Of a stretch of 64,000 nucleotides of DNA, positions 54,565 through 64,000 are shown in pieces. A program made the translations under genes and the position numbers. The number at the start of each line of letters is the position of its first letter. Positions within the stretch are counted from its first letter, which is position 1. Location: contig CAWFJJ010000025.1 in NCBI GenBank assembly GCA_963816185.1, positions 128,001 through 192,000 of the forward strand, read 5' to 3'. The stretch is from Thermoanaerobaculia bacterium (lineage in GTDB: Bacteria > Acidobacteriota > Thermoanaerobaculia > UBA5066). The notes below the pieces were generated by a model, which ran no database searches, was not told the DNA's origin, and saw only the letters and a program-made list of their open reading frames with translations.

Positions 54565-55526
54565 GCGAACTTGTCCGTCGCGGCGACGAGGGCGCGGGTG
54601 TTCGGCGGCTCCCAGGCGCTGTGACCAGCGTCGGGCGAGATCACGAAGTCAGCCTCGGGCCACGCGCGGTGCAGGGCCCAGGCGCTGAAGATGGGGCAGA
54701 CGACGTCGTAACGCCCCTGGACGATGACGCCCGGGATATGGCGGATCCTTCCGGCGTCGCGCAGCAGCTGGCCATCGACCTCGAAAAAGCCGCGGTTCAC
54801 GAAGTAATGGGCCTCGATCCGCGCGAAGGCGAGCGCGAACTCGTCCTCCTCGTAGTGCCCGGTGAACGAGGCGTCCGGGAGCAGCTTCGACGTCGCGCCC
54901 TCCCAGCCGCTCCAGACCTTCGCGGCCGCGAGCCGGACGGCGGGGTCTTCGCTCGTGAGCCGCTTGTGGTACGCCGCGACGAGGTCGCCGCGCTCGGCCT
55001 CGGGGATGTGGGCGAGGTAGGGCTCCCAGGCGTCGGGGAAGAGGATCGACGCCCCTTCCTGGTAGAACCAGTCGATCTCCTTCTTGCGGAGGAGAAAGAT
55101 CCCGCGCAGGACGAGCTCCGTCACGCGGTCGGGTTGCTTCTCCGCGTAGGCGAGGGCCAGTGTCGAGCCCCATGAGCCGCCGAAAACCTGCCAGCGCGCG
55201 ATCCCGAGGTGCTCACGGAGCTGCTCGATGTCGGCGACGAGGTCCCACGTCGTGTTCGCCTCGAGGCTCGCGTACGGAGTGCTCTTGCCGGAGCCCCGCT
55301 GGTCGAACATCACGACGCGGTACTTCTCGGGATGGAAGAAGCGGCGGACCTTCGGGTCCGATCCGCCGCCCGGGCCGCCATGGAGGAACACAACGGGCTT
55401 CCCGTTTGGGTTGCCGCTCTCCTCGAAGTGGAGCTCGTGGACGTCCGAGACCCGGAGCCGGTCGGTGCGGTACGGCTCGATCGGGGGGTAAAGCCAGGTG
55501 ACGGGGTCCTTGACCGGATGCGGCAT
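54561..55526 (-). CDS. pip: Proline iminopeptidase
   Basis: HGGPGGG, DQRGSG.S, GGSWG, LRGIF, GRYD.VCP, AGHS. Confidence 0.95.
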   Translation of the reverse strand: MPHPVKDPVTWLYPPIEPYRTDRLRVSDVHELHFEESGNPNGKPVVFLHGGPGGGSDPKVRRFFHPEKYRVVMFDQRGSGKSTPYASLEANTTWDLVADIEQLREHLGIARWQVFGGSWGSTLALAYAEKQPDRVTELVLRGIFLLRKKEIDWFYQEGASILFPDAWEPYLAHIPEAERGDLVAAYHKRLTSEDPAVRLAAAKVWSGWEGATSKLLPDASFTGHYEEDEFALAFARIEAHYFVNRGFFEVDGQLLRDAGRIRHIPGVIVQGRYDVVCPIFSAWALHRAWPEADFVISPDAGHSAWEPPNTRALVAATDKFA

Positions 55527-55571
55527 GCGAACCTCCGAATGCATCCTGCCAGAGTCCGGGGGGTCTGCGCG

Positions 55572-55967
55572 TCAGGGGCGGGGCGCCGGCCCCGCGAGAT
55601 CCGAAAGCGCCGTCCGCCGCAAGCGCTCGAGGAAGTCCTTCCGCACGGGCGCGAGAACGGCGCCCACGGGTCCCGCGACCGGCGGAAAGGCGCGCTCGAG
55701 ATCGTCGCGCTTCTCGAGCGCGAGGGCGACGTCGGCGAGCGTGATGTCCGAGGCCGGCCGGCCGAGGACGAACCCGCCGCTTCGCCCTCGCTTGCTCCTC
55801 AGGAGACCGCGGTCTGCGAGGCGCCCGAGCACCTTGGAGAGGAACGGCGCGGGGACGCCGGCGGCCTGCGCGATCGCGACCACGCCGCGCCCTTTACCCT
55901 GCGGCCCGCGTGGGTCGAGGAGCGGCAGCGCGGCGAAGGCGATCTCCTGGGCGCGCGTGAAGAACAC
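55572..55967 (-). CDS. Rrf2 family transcriptional regulator (no Fe-S cysteines)
   Basis: IA...VP.PFLSKVL..L...GLL.S.RG..GGF.L.RP..DITL. Confidence 0.85.
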   Translation of the reverse strand: MFFTRAQEIAFAALPLLDPRGPQGKGRGVVAIAQAAGVPAPFLSKVLGRLADRGLLRSKRGRSGGFVLGRPASDITLADVALALEKRDDLERAFPPVAGPVGAVLAPVRKDFLERLRRTALSDLAGPAPRP

Positions 55968-55973
55968 CGCGCG

Positions 55974-56363
55974 TCAGCCGCCGGCGAGGTAGCGGTACTG
56001 GGCGAACGTGAGCGGAACGACCGAGAGCCGCCCCATCTTCACGAGCGGCGACTGCGCGAAGAGCTTTTCGGACTTGATCGTCGCGAGCGTGACGGGAGAC
56101 GCGAGCGGCTTTCCGGCCGCGATCACGACGTGCGGGTCGGTCGGGCTCTTCGGGTCCGTGTCGGCGGAGACGACCGTGGCCAGGCCCACCGCGGCCTTCA
56201 CGTCGCCCGTGTGGTAGATCACGAGCCGGTCGCCCTTCTTCGTGGAGAGCATGTGGCGGACCGCGACGGGATTCTTCACGCCGGTCCAGACGGTCTGCTT
56301 CTCCTTCACGAGATCGTCGAACGAGTAGTCGGAGGGTTCGGTCTTGAGCAGGAAGTCAGCCAT
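55974..56363 (-). CDS. EVE domain protein
   Basis: LLKTEP.DYS, WTGVKN, YHTG, PVTL..IK, GRLSVVP. Confidence 0.9.
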   Translation of the reverse strand: MADFLLKTEPSDYSFDDLVKEKQTVWTGVKNPVAVRHMLSTKKGDRLVIYHTGDVKAAVGLATVVSADTDPKSPTDPHVVIAAGKPLASPVTLATIKSEKLFAQSPLVKMGRLSVVPLTFAQYRYLAGG

Positions 56364-56372
56364 CGTCCGACT

Positions 56373-57551
56373 CTAGCCTACCTGCCTCAGGGCGTCCGTG
56401 ATTCTCGTGAACGCCGCGCGTCCGGCCGGAAAGAGACCGCCGAAGAATCCCATCACGAGCGAGAAGACGATGCCCGTCATGAGGAGGGCCGGCGTGAGGC
56501 GGAAGGCGAACACGACCTCCGAGAACGTGGCGAAGTTCGTCGTGCCGGTGACGCCCGAGAGTGCGAGCTTCACGGCGAGGAGGCCGAGGACGCACCCGAG
56601 AGCTCCGCCCAGAAGCGCGAGGCACAGCGACTCGAAGACGAACGACAGCAGCACCGAGATGCGCGAGAACCCGAGCGCGCGCAGCGTCGCGATCTCGCGC
56701 GTGCGCGCGGCAACGGCGGCGTACATCGTGTTCATCGCGCCGAAGCAGGCGCCGATCGCCATGACGATGCCGACGAAGAAGCCCAGGAATTTGATCGGCG
56801 CGGCCGTGGACGTCTGGTCGTCGTAGTACGCACGCTCGACCTTGCCCTCGAGCGCGAGGCGCGGGTCGCCCGCGAGGCCGGCCTGGAACTGGTCGCGCGC
56901 CGCGCGGCCCGCTGTTCGCGCGAGAACGGACGAATACCCCCCGCGCTTGAAGTCCGTGATCATGCCCTCGACGTCGGTCCAGATCTCGCTGTCCGGAGCG
57001 GTGCCGCCGGCGTCGAAGAGGCCCGTGACCGTCCAGCGATAGGCGCCGAACTTGATCGTCTGGCCGGTCGCGCAGTCCTTGAAGCGGCTCGAGACGCTCT
57101 TCGAGACGATGACCTCGGACTTGCCCGGCGTGAACATGCGGCCCTCGACGAGGGTGAGCCCCGGCCGGAGCTTCATGCCTTTTTCGCCGATTCCGCGGAT
57201 CGTGACGTTCGACGATCCGCCGTCCCGCTTCTCGAGGTTCAGGACGATGACGAGCTCCGGGGAAGCCAGCGGCTTTCCGTCCGAGTCCGGCGTGATGCCG
57301 GGAAGGGTCTCGATGAGCGGCACCTGGTCGCGCGAGATGCCGGACTGAAGCTCGGACTGCGCGTTCTGCCTGAGCACGAGGACGTTGTTCTCGGAGCCGG
57401 AGGCCGTGAACACGCGTGTCAGGCCCTCGCCGAGCGCCATCACGCACAGGAAGACCGCCACGACGAGGCCGATGCCGAGCACGGTGAGAGAGGTCGTGAC
57501 CCTTCGCACGAAGAGGTTCCGGACGTTGTACTTCAGCGGGATGCCGAGCAT
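56373..57551 (-). CDS. ABC transporter permease (MacB/FtsX-like)
   Basis: RNL..R..., MNTMY..V..RTREIATLRALGF, GG.FPA.RA. Confidence 0.9.
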   Translation of the reverse strand: MLGIPLKYNVRNLFVRRVTTSLTVLGIGLVVAVFLCVMALGEGLTRVFTASGSENNVLVLRQNAQSELQSGISRDQVPLIETLPGITPDSDGKPLASPELVIVLNLEKRDGGSSNVTIRGIGEKGMKLRPGLTLVEGRMFTPGKSEVIVSKSVSSRFKDCATGQTIKFGAYRWTVTGLFDAGGTAPDSEIWTDVEGMITDFKRGGYSSVLARTAGRAARDQFQAGLAGDPRLALEGKVERAYYDDQTSTAAPIKFLGFFVGIVMAIGACFGAMNTMYAAVAARTREIATLRALGFSRISVLLSFVFESLCLALLGGALGCVLGLLAVKLALSGVTGTTNFATFSEVVFAFRLTPALLMTGIVFSLVMGFFGGLFPAGRAAFTRITDALRQVG

Positions 57552-57564
57552 GTGGTGGCTCCTC

Positions 57565-58722
57565 CTAGGGGACGAGGCGGAGACCGTCCGCGATCGGGCG
57601 CTGGACGGATCGGATGGCGGGCACGAGGCCGGCGAGGATGCCGACGAGGACCGTGACGCCGAACGCGGCGGCGAGGACGCCGGGGTAGATCCTCAGGGCG
57701 GACGCGACGCCCGCGAGGGGCGAGTAGAGGACGAAAGCGCGAAGCGTCGGGAAGAGGCCGAGATAGAGAGCAAGCCCGGCGGTCGAGCCGAGGAGCGCGA
57801 GGAGGCCGCTCTCGCCGAGGAGGAGCCCGAACAGGATGCGCCTCGAAAACCCGATCGCCCTGAGGACGGCGAGCTCGACGACCCTCTCGCGCGTCGCCAG
57901 GGCCATGGTGTTCGCGGCGATGAGGAGGACGACGACCGCGATCACCGCAGTGAGACCGCGGAAGAAGAGCTTCACGTTCCCGAGAAGGGCGAGGTAGTTG
58001 TTTTGGAACTCCTTTTCGGTCTCCGCCCGCACGGGCCAGGGCGAGTTCTCGAAGAGCGCGTTGATGCGCGGGATCAGATCGCGCGCCGCGGCCGCGTCGA
58101 CGCCCTTGAGCCAGATCATCGTGTAGAGCCCCGCGCGGGCGGGGAGCGTCTCGTCGATGACCTTCTGGTCGAAGAAGACGGCGGCCTCGTCGTTGCCGCG
58201 GTAAACGGCTCGGATCGTGAACGTGTAGACGCCGGGCCAGATGTCGCCCGTGAGGGTGATCTTCTGTCCGAGCTTCCAGCCGTACTTCTTCATGAGGAGC
58301 TCGCCGACGAGGAGCCCGCTGCGGTCCGCTCTCCACGCCTCGGCCGAGCCGTCCACGACGCCGTCGGCGTCGAAGACGTCGAAAAAGACGACGGGGTCGA
58401 CCGCGAAACGCTCGAAGACGTGGAACGCGGAAGAGTCGACGTACCGGCCGCCAAACCAGTTGAAAGGCATCGCGGCCTTCACGCCTTCGAGGTGCCGGAT
58501 CTTCTCGAGGTGGGACGCCGGGAGAAAGTTCGTGAACGAGACCTTGTGACGCACGGCGATCCGGAACATTCCGCGCCCCCGCGAGGGGTCCGCGTCGAGC
58601 ATCGCGACGAACGTCCCGAGGAGGCAGATCACGAAGAAGGGGAGAAGGATCGAGCCGATCGTCAGCCCCGAGCGCGTCTTCTTGCGCAGGAGGTTCTTGA
58701 GGACGAGGGGCAGGAAGCGCAT
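57565..58722 (-). CDS. ABC transporter permease (MacB-like), paralog
   Basis: From ATG 58722 MRFLPLVLKNLLRKKTRS; NTM...RER..ELAVLRAIGF. Confidence 0.9.
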   Translation of the reverse strand: MRFLPLVLKNLLRKKTRSGLTIGSILLPFFVICLLGTFVAMLDADPSRGRGMFRIAVRHKVSFTNFLPASHLEKIRHLEGVKAAMPFNWFGGRYVDSSAFHVFERFAVDPVVFFDVFDADGVVDGSAEAWRADRSGLLVGELLMKKYGWKLGQKITLTGDIWPGVYTFTIRAVYRGNDEAAVFFDQKVIDETLPARAGLYTMIWLKGVDAAAARDLIPRINALFENSPWPVRAETEKEFQNNYLALLGNVKLFFRGLTAVIAVVVLLIAANTMALATRERVVELAVLRAIGFSRRILFGLLLGESGLLALLGSTAGLALYLGLFPTLRAFVLYSPLAGVASALRIYPGVLAAAFGVTVLVGILAGLVPAIRSVQRPIADGLRLVP

Positions 58723-59882
58723 CAGCCGACCTGTCTCAGACCCTCGGGAATGGAGCGCTGGGCGGACCGGATCGCCGGCACGAGCCCGGCGAGAAGGCCG
58801 ACGAGAACGGCGACGACGAAGCCCGTGGCGACGACCTCGGGAAAGAGGCGCATGCCCGCCGCGAAGCCGCTCATGGGCGAATAGAGCAACCCTTGCCGGA
58901 AGCCGGGGAAGGCGACGACGAAGAGCCCCACGCCGAGAAAGCCGCCGATGAGGGAGAGCAGGAGGCTTTCGCCGAGGATCAGCCCGAGGATCGTTCCCTT
59001 CGGGAATCCGAGCGTCCTCAGAACGGCGATCTCCGTCACCCGCTCGCGGGCCGTCATCGCCATCGTGTTCCCCGCGATGAGGAGGATGACGCAGACGATG
59101 ATCGTTCCGATGGACGTCACGAGGAGCTTGACGTTGCCGAGCATCGAGATGAATCCGTTCTGCATCTCCTTTTCGGTCTCGGTACGCGTCGGGCGATCGC
59201 TGTTCTCGAACATCGCGTCGATCTGCTTCGGCAGCCGCTCCACGGCCTCGAGGGACGCGGCCTTGATCCAGTACCATCCCACGAAGCCCTTCACGCGCGG
59301 GAGCGCCTCCTCGATCGCCTGGTGATGGAAGTAGACGCCGCTCTCGTCCGGGCCCTTGTAGCTCGCCCGGATCGTGAGGTCGAGATCGACCGGGTAGATG
59401 TCCCCCTTGAGCGTGATCTTCTGGCCGATCCGCCAGCCGTACTTCTTCATGAGGAGCTCGCCCGCCAAGAGGCCGCTCCGGTCTGAAATCCAGTCCTTCT
59501 CGCTGCCCTGGACGATGGACGCCTCGTCGAACACCCGGAGGAGCGCCTCGGGGTCCGACGTCGAGAAGCGCGAGAACACGTTCTCGGGGCGCCGGTCGAT
59601 GTATGAGCCGCCGAACCAGTTCATGCGGACGATTTCCGTCACGCCGGGAAGCTGCTGGATTTTCGGCATGTCGGCCTCGAGGACCCAGTTCGTGAGCGAG
59701 ACCTTGTGCCGCACGATGAGGCGGAACATCCCCTTGCCGCCCGTCGGATCGTGCTCGAGCGTGCGCAGGAGCGTTCCCAGGATGCAGATGACGAGGAGGG
59801 GCAGGAGGATGGACGCGATCGTGAGGAGCGACCGCGTCTTCTTGCGGAGGAGGTTCTTGAAGACGAACGGAAAGAACTTCAT
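58722..59882 (-). CDS. ABC transporter permease (MacB-like), paralog
   Basis: MKFFPFVFKNLLRKKTRS; NTM..RERVTEIAVLRTLGF. Confidence 0.9.
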   Translation of the reverse strand: MKFFPFVFKNLLRKKTRSLLTIASILLPLLVICILGTLLRTLEHDPTGGKGMFRLIVRHKVSLTNWVLEADMPKIQQLPGVTEIVRMNWFGGSYIDRRPENVFSRFSTSDPEALLRVFDEASIVQGSEKDWISDRSGLLAGELLMKKYGWRIGQKITLKGDIYPVDLDLTIRASYKGPDESGVYFHHQAIEEALPRVKGFVGWYWIKAASLEAVERLPKQIDAMFENSDRPTRTETEKEMQNGFISMLGNVKLLVTSIGTIIVCVILLIAGNTMAMTARERVTEIAVLRTLGFPKGTILGLILGESLLLSLIGGFLGVGLFVVAFPGFRQGLLYSPMSGFAAGMRLFPEVVATGFVVAVLVGLLAGLVPAIRSAQRSIPEGLRQVG

Positions 59883-59897
59883 GGGCTCTCCGGGATC

Positions 59898-60644
59898 TCA
59901 GGTCGAGGAGGCCGAGATCGCCGCCGCCATGCCGACGGCCTTCCCGCGCTCGGCGTGGACGTCTTCCTTCAGCACGCCCTTGTCGAGGTGGACGAGGCGG
60001 TGCGCCCGGGACGCGGACTTCGGATCGTGGGTCACCATGACGATCGTCTTCCTGAACTCCGAGTTGAGGCGCTCCATGAGGACGAGGATCTCCTCGCCGC
60101 TCTTCGCGTCGAGGTCGCCGGTCGGCTCGTCGGCCACGAGCACCTTCGGGTCGGTTGCGATCGCGCGCGCGATGGCGACGCGCTGCTCCTGCCCGCCCGA
60201 GAGCTGCCGCGGGTAGTGGTCCGCCCGATCCGTGAGGTTCACGACGGAAAGCGCGAGCTCGACCTGCTTTCTCCGGCGGCCGCGGTTCATGTTCGTGAGA
60301 AGAAGGGGTAGCTCGACGTTCTCGAACGCCGTGAGCACGGGCACGAGATTGTAGAGCTGGAAGATGAAGCCGATGTTCGCGCTTCGCCATTTTGCGAGCG
60401 CGCCCTCGCTCATCGTCGAGACTTCCTTGTCGCCGACGACGATCCGGCCCGAGGTCGGGCGGTCGATGCCCGCGATGAGGTTCAGAAGCGTGGTCTTGCC
60501 CGAGCCCGAGGGGCCCATGAGCGCCAGGAAATCGCCCTCGTCGACCGTGAGCGACAGGTTGTCGAGCACGGTGAGCACCTGGGTGTCGCGGGTGTACTGC
60601 TTCACGAGCGAGTCGATGCGAATGAGGGGCGTATTTGCGCTCAA
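59898..60644 (-). CDS. ABC transporter ATP-binding protein (LolD/MacB-like)
   Basis: GPSGSGKT, LSGGQ, ADEPTG, VTHD. Confidence 0.95.
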   Translation of the reverse strand: MSANTPLIRIDSLVKQYTRDTQVLTVLDNLSLTVDEGDFLALMGPSGSGKTTLLNLIAGIDRPTSGRIVVGDKEVSTMSEGALAKWRSANIGFIFQLYNLVPVLTAFENVELPLLLTNMNRGRRRKQVELALSVVNLTDRADHYPRQLSGGQEQRVAIARAIATDPKVLVADEPTGDLDAKSGEEILVLMERLNSEFRKTIVMVTHDPKSASRAHRLVHLDKGVLKEDVHAERGKAVGMAAAISASST

Positions 60645-60662
60645 TCGGCTCTCCTTCTCCCG

Positions 60663-61868
60663 TCAGTCCTTCTTGACGCGGATCTTCTGCTCGGCGCGCC
60701 AGGCGTGAGAAGCCGTCGCGGCGTCGGCGACGATCTCTTCTCCGCCCGAAAGGCCCGACGTCACCTCCACCTGCGTTCCCGCCGCGGGCCCGAGCGAAAG
60801 CGGCTTGAATGTGGCCTTGTCGTTCGTGACGAGGAGGACGCCCTTCTCGCCGCCCACCTCGACGACCGAGGCCGACGGCACCATCACCTTCGGCTTCGCC
60901 TTCTCGTCGATCTTCGTTTCGGGGTTCAGGAACACCACCCGGCAGGACATCTCGGGAAGGACTCTCTCGTCCTTGTGGAGGAGTTCGATCTTCACTTTGA
61001 CCGAGCCCTTCTGGCGGTCGGCCGTCGGGACGATCTGCCTGAGGCGCGCCTTGTAAGGCTTGTCCGGGTACGCGTCGAGCGCGACCTCGGCCGGCTGCCC
61101 CAGGACGAGCTTGGCGACGTTCTGCTCGTTGATGTCCGCCTCCATCTCGAGCGAGGAGAGGTCCACGATGATCGCGAACGTCGCGCCCGCGGAGCCTGCT
61201 CCGCCGAAGCCCTGCGGCGCGACGGTCTCTCCGAGGAATGCCTTTTTCACGGTCACGACGCCGTCGATCGGTGAGTAGATCTCGGCGTTCTTGATCTGCT
61301 CCTCGTAATAGCGGGCCTGGGCCTCGTCGGACGAAACCTGTGCCTCGAGCGCCTTCACCTGGGAATCCGCCGTGTCGAAGGCTTGCTGCGTTCCGATCTT
61401 CTCCTCGAGGAGCTGGCGGGCGCGCGCGCGGTCGAGGCGCGCATTCGCGAGCTGGGCGAGGGCCTGATCGCGTTGGGCCAGCGCGGAGTTCTTCTGCGCG
61501 ACGAGCTCCTGGGCTTCGAGGCGCGCGACGAGCTCGCCCTTTTTCACGCGCTGACCCTCTTCGAGGTTGATCCAGGCGATGCGGCCGACGGTCTTCGGCG
61601 AGATCTCGGCCTTCGAGCGAGCCACGATGTAGCCCGAGGCCGTGAGGATCGTCGAGGCCTGCGTCGGCGTCACGAGCGCCGCGCGCGTGGTTGTGACCTC
61701 GAGCGGTCGGAACGCGATGCCGCTGCGTGCGCGCGTGAGGAGAAAGGCCGCGACGAGGGCCACGCAGACCGTGGCCACGGCGGGGTAGAGAAAGCGGCGC
61801 GCGCCGGGGCGGTCGTGGCGATCGATCTGCAGAGCGGAAAGATCGGCGGATTTGTTCAGGGGCTCCAT
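60663..61868 (-). CDS. Efflux periplasmic adaptor (MacA-like MFP)
   Basis: N-terminal TM, ASGY, EGQRVKKGE, coiled coil, SPIDG, PTADRQKG, GLSGGE. Confidence 0.92.
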   Translation of the reverse strand: MEPLNKSADLSALQIDRHDRPGARRFLYPAVATVCVALVAAFLLTRARSGIAFRPLEVTTTRAALVTPTQASTILTASGYIVARSKAEISPKTVGRIAWINLEEGQRVKKGELVARLEAQELVAQKNSALAQRDQALAQLANARLDRARARQLLEEKIGTQQAFDTADSQVKALEAQVSSDEAQARYYEEQIKNAEIYSPIDGVVTVKKAFLGETVAPQGFGGAGSAGATFAIIVDLSSLEMEADINEQNVAKLVLGQPAEVALDAYPDKPYKARLRQIVPTADRQKGSVKVKIELLHKDERVLPEMSCRVVFLNPETKIDEKAKPKVMVPSASVVEVGGEKGVLLVTNDKATFKPLSLGPAAGTQVEVTSGLSGGEEIVADAATASHAWRAEQKIRVKKD

Positions 61869-61911
61869 CGGAGGCGACACTTTACCCAATCTCCTTACGA
61901 AGGAGATGAGG

Positions 61912-63366
61912 TCAGGGTTTTCGGGGGGACTCCGCGGCCACGGCGTCCCGAAAGACCTGCAGGAACGTCTGGAGATGGCGCCTTTCGGTGCGGATGTTGC
62001 CGATCGCCACGCGAAGCGTGTACCGGCCCCCGACGAGGGCGTGCGAGATGAACGCACGGCCGTCCGCGTTGATCCGGGCGAGGATCCGCGCATTCGCCGC
62101 GTCGGCGTCACGAGGCGAGAGATCCGGGGACGTCCACCGGAAGGCCACGACCGAGAAGGGCGAAGGCGCTGCGATCTCCACTCCTTTTTCGCGCTCGAGC
62201 ACGCCGCGCAGGGCGCGCGCGAGGACGAGGTGATTGCGGAGGCGGGCTCTCACGCCGGACGCCCCGAAGGCGCGCAACGTCATCCACATCTTGAGGGCGC
62301 GGAACCGGCGGCCGAGCTGCACGCCGTAGTCCATGTATTCGCGCACCGTCTGCCCCTCGGGCGTCTCGAGATAGTTCGGCACGACGGAGAAGGCGAGCCG
62401 CACGCGCTCCATCTGCCGGAAGAAAAGGCCGGTGCACTCGAGCGGCACGAGCATCCACTTGTGCGGATTGAAGATGACCGAGTCCGCACGCTCCCAGCCT
62501 GCGAAGAGAGGCCGCATCTCGGGCAGCACCGCGGCCGAGCCGGCGTACGCCGCGTCCACGTGGAGCCAGATCCGCTCGCGCTCGCAGAGGTCGGCGAGCG
62601 GGAGAAGCGGATCGACGGACGTCACGGTGGTCGTCCCGGCGGTCGCGACGACGGCGACGGGGACACGGCCGGCCGCCCTGTCTTTCGCGATCTCGGCCTC
62701 CAGGACGTTCGCGTCCATCCGGAACTCCGCGTCGACCGGGATCTTCCGCAGCCCTTCGATGCCGAGCCCGAGGACGACGCACGCCTTGTCGATCGAGGAG
62801 TGCGCGAGCTCCGAGCAGTAGACGACGCCTCGTGGGCGGCCGGCGAGGCCCGTCTTGCGGACGTCGGGAAAAGCCTCCTCGCGCGCGGCCGCGAGCGCGA
62901 TGAGCGAAGCCGTCGAGGCCGTGTCGGCGAGCTGACCGTCGAAGCCGCCGGACCCCCAGGGAAGGCCGACGAGGTCGAGCAGCCACCGCACGACACCCTG
63001 CTCGAGCTCCGTGAGGACGGGCGACGTGCGCCAGAGGATGCCGACCTGGTTGTAGCCCGCAGCGAGGAGGTCGCCCACGACCCCGGGAGCGGAACCCGTG
63101 TTCGCGAAGTACGCGAAATACCCGGGATGCTGCCAGTGCGTGAGGTTCGGCTCCACGAGGCGGTCGAGGTCGCGTTCGATCGCCTCCCACGGCTCGGGGT
63201 CTTCCGGCGCCCGGCGCGGCAGCTGTGCGAGGACCTCGCCCGGTCTCGTCCGCGCGAGAACGGGCCGCGTCTCGAGCGTCTCGAAGTAGCGCGCGAGGCG
63301 CTCCACGGCGGCGTGCCCCATCTCGCGGAACGCGTCGGGCGGAAAGTCGCCGAGCGGCTCGTCCAT
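61912..63366 (-). CDS. Aromatic-L-amino-acid decarboxylase-like PLP enzyme
   Basis: THWQHP.YFAYF, SP..TELE, HSSIDK, WLHVDAAYAG, NPHKW, LGRRFRALK. Confidence 0.92.
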   Translation of the reverse strand: MDEPLGDFPPDAFREMGHAAVERLARYFETLETRPVLARTRPGEVLAQLPRRAPEDPEPWEAIERDLDRLVEPNLTHWQHPGYFAYFANTGSAPGVVGDLLAAGYNQVGILWRTSPVLTELEQGVVRWLLDLVGLPWGSGGFDGQLADTASTASLIALAAAREEAFPDVRKTGLAGRPRGVVYCSELAHSSIDKACVVLGLGIEGLRKIPVDAEFRMDANVLEAEIAKDRAAGRVPVAVVATAGTTTVTSVDPLLPLADLCERERIWLHVDAAYAGSAAVLPEMRPLFAGWERADSVIFNPHKWMLVPLECTGLFFRQMERVRLAFSVVPNYLETPEGQTVREYMDYGVQLGRRFRALKMWMTLRAFGASGVRARLRNHLVLARALRGVLEREKGVEIAAPSPFSVVAFRWTSPDLSPRDADAANARILARINADGRAFISHALVGGRYTLRVAIGNIRTERRHLQTFLQVFRDAVAAESPRKP

Positions 63367-63456
63367 CGGGGCGAGTCTACGGGATCAGCGCGAGGCCTCG
63401 ACGCGGACCGTCGCGGCGCCGAACGCAGCGAGGAACGTGCCGGGCTGGTCGAAAAC

Positions 63457-63753
63457 TCAGCTCTTCGGCGCGCGGATGTCCTTCGGGATCTGGAGAGGTC
63501 CGGTCTGGCGCAGGTCTTCCTTGATGATGAGGTCGAGAAACATCTCGCGCACGCCGTCCTTCCCGCGGTCTTTGAAGACGCTGCGGACCTGTCGCGGCTT
63601 GAGCTCGACGCCGGTCATCGCCTTGAGGTACTGGCAGAACACCGTGGCCCGCGACCGAAAAGAGATGACGAGGATGAGAAAGAGGATTCCCGCAAACGCG
63701 AGGAGGATCAGTCCCGTGAACCCCCGCACGTCGAAGAGGGACGACGGGTTCAT
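63457..63753 (-). CDS. Small single-TM hypothetical protein
   Basis: One hydrophobic helix then a soluble ~60-aa tail; normal codon usage. Confidence 0.65.
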   Translation of the reverse strand: MNPSSLFDVRGFTGLILLAFAGILFLILVISFRSRATVFCQYLKAMTGVELKPRQVRSVFKDRGKDGVREMFLDLIIKEDLRQTGPLQIPKDIRAPKS

Positions 63754-63840
63754 ACGCCTTCTTGCCCGGGCCGGCTGGCAGGACGCATCGCGACGCTCTC
63801 CTTACGGGTCAGCATCCATGATACCGCGGGGGCGCGATGT

Positions 63841-64000
63841 CTACTTCCCGTACGTGATCCGGTAGATTGCTCCGGCCTGATCGTCCGAGACGAGAAGCGA
63901 GCCATCGGGCCTGACGAGAACGTCCACAGGCCGTCCCCATGCCTTCTCGCCCTGCAGCCAGCCTTGCGCGAAGGCTTCCTCGGAGACGGGCTTGCCGTCC
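63841..64000 (-). CDS. C-terminus of a PQQ-dependent sugar/sorbosone dehydrogenase family protein (partial)
   Basis: Own translation: FAQGWLQGEKAWGRPVDVLVRPDGSLLVSDDQAGAIYRITYGK*. Confidence 0.8.
   Translation of the reverse strand, partial: DGKPVSEEAFAQGWLQGEKAWGRPVDVLVRPDGSLLVSDDQAGAIYRITYGK

Overview
High-GC (~70%) bacterial chromosomal segment, densely coding; gene content and style fit an Acidobacteriota (Thermoanaerobaculia-like) genome, but that is inference. Most of it is housekeeping or accessory metabolism: TonB receptor, ligA, sigma-54 response regulator, ppk1, msrB, glmM, folP, panE, tilS-hpt-ftsH, a tRNA(CAT), a vapBC-type toxin-antitoxin pair, rsmH, alkaline phosphatase/PiT, rlmI, ubiD-like, pip, a MacAB-like exporter with three permeases and two PLP decarboxylases. 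Several normally essential genes (ftsH, tilS) are frameshifted, suggesting assembly indel errors. Best candidate for an undescribed system (25.7-34.4 kb): a CstA-family transporter, two cysteine-free ArsA/Get3-family ATPases (one with a natural switch-I D->N change), two paralogous ~95-aa proteins and a single-TM protein; cstA and the ATPase operon share an upstream palindrome at the same distance from a -10-like box. Other signals: a dispersed AGAAGA(T/A)TTCTTAGAAGG motif in AT/purine-rich patches inside genes, some of which coincide with insertions; a 62-bp duplication of a gene 5' end flanking a two-gene cassette; a PHO-box-like triple repeat; and a parS-like site.
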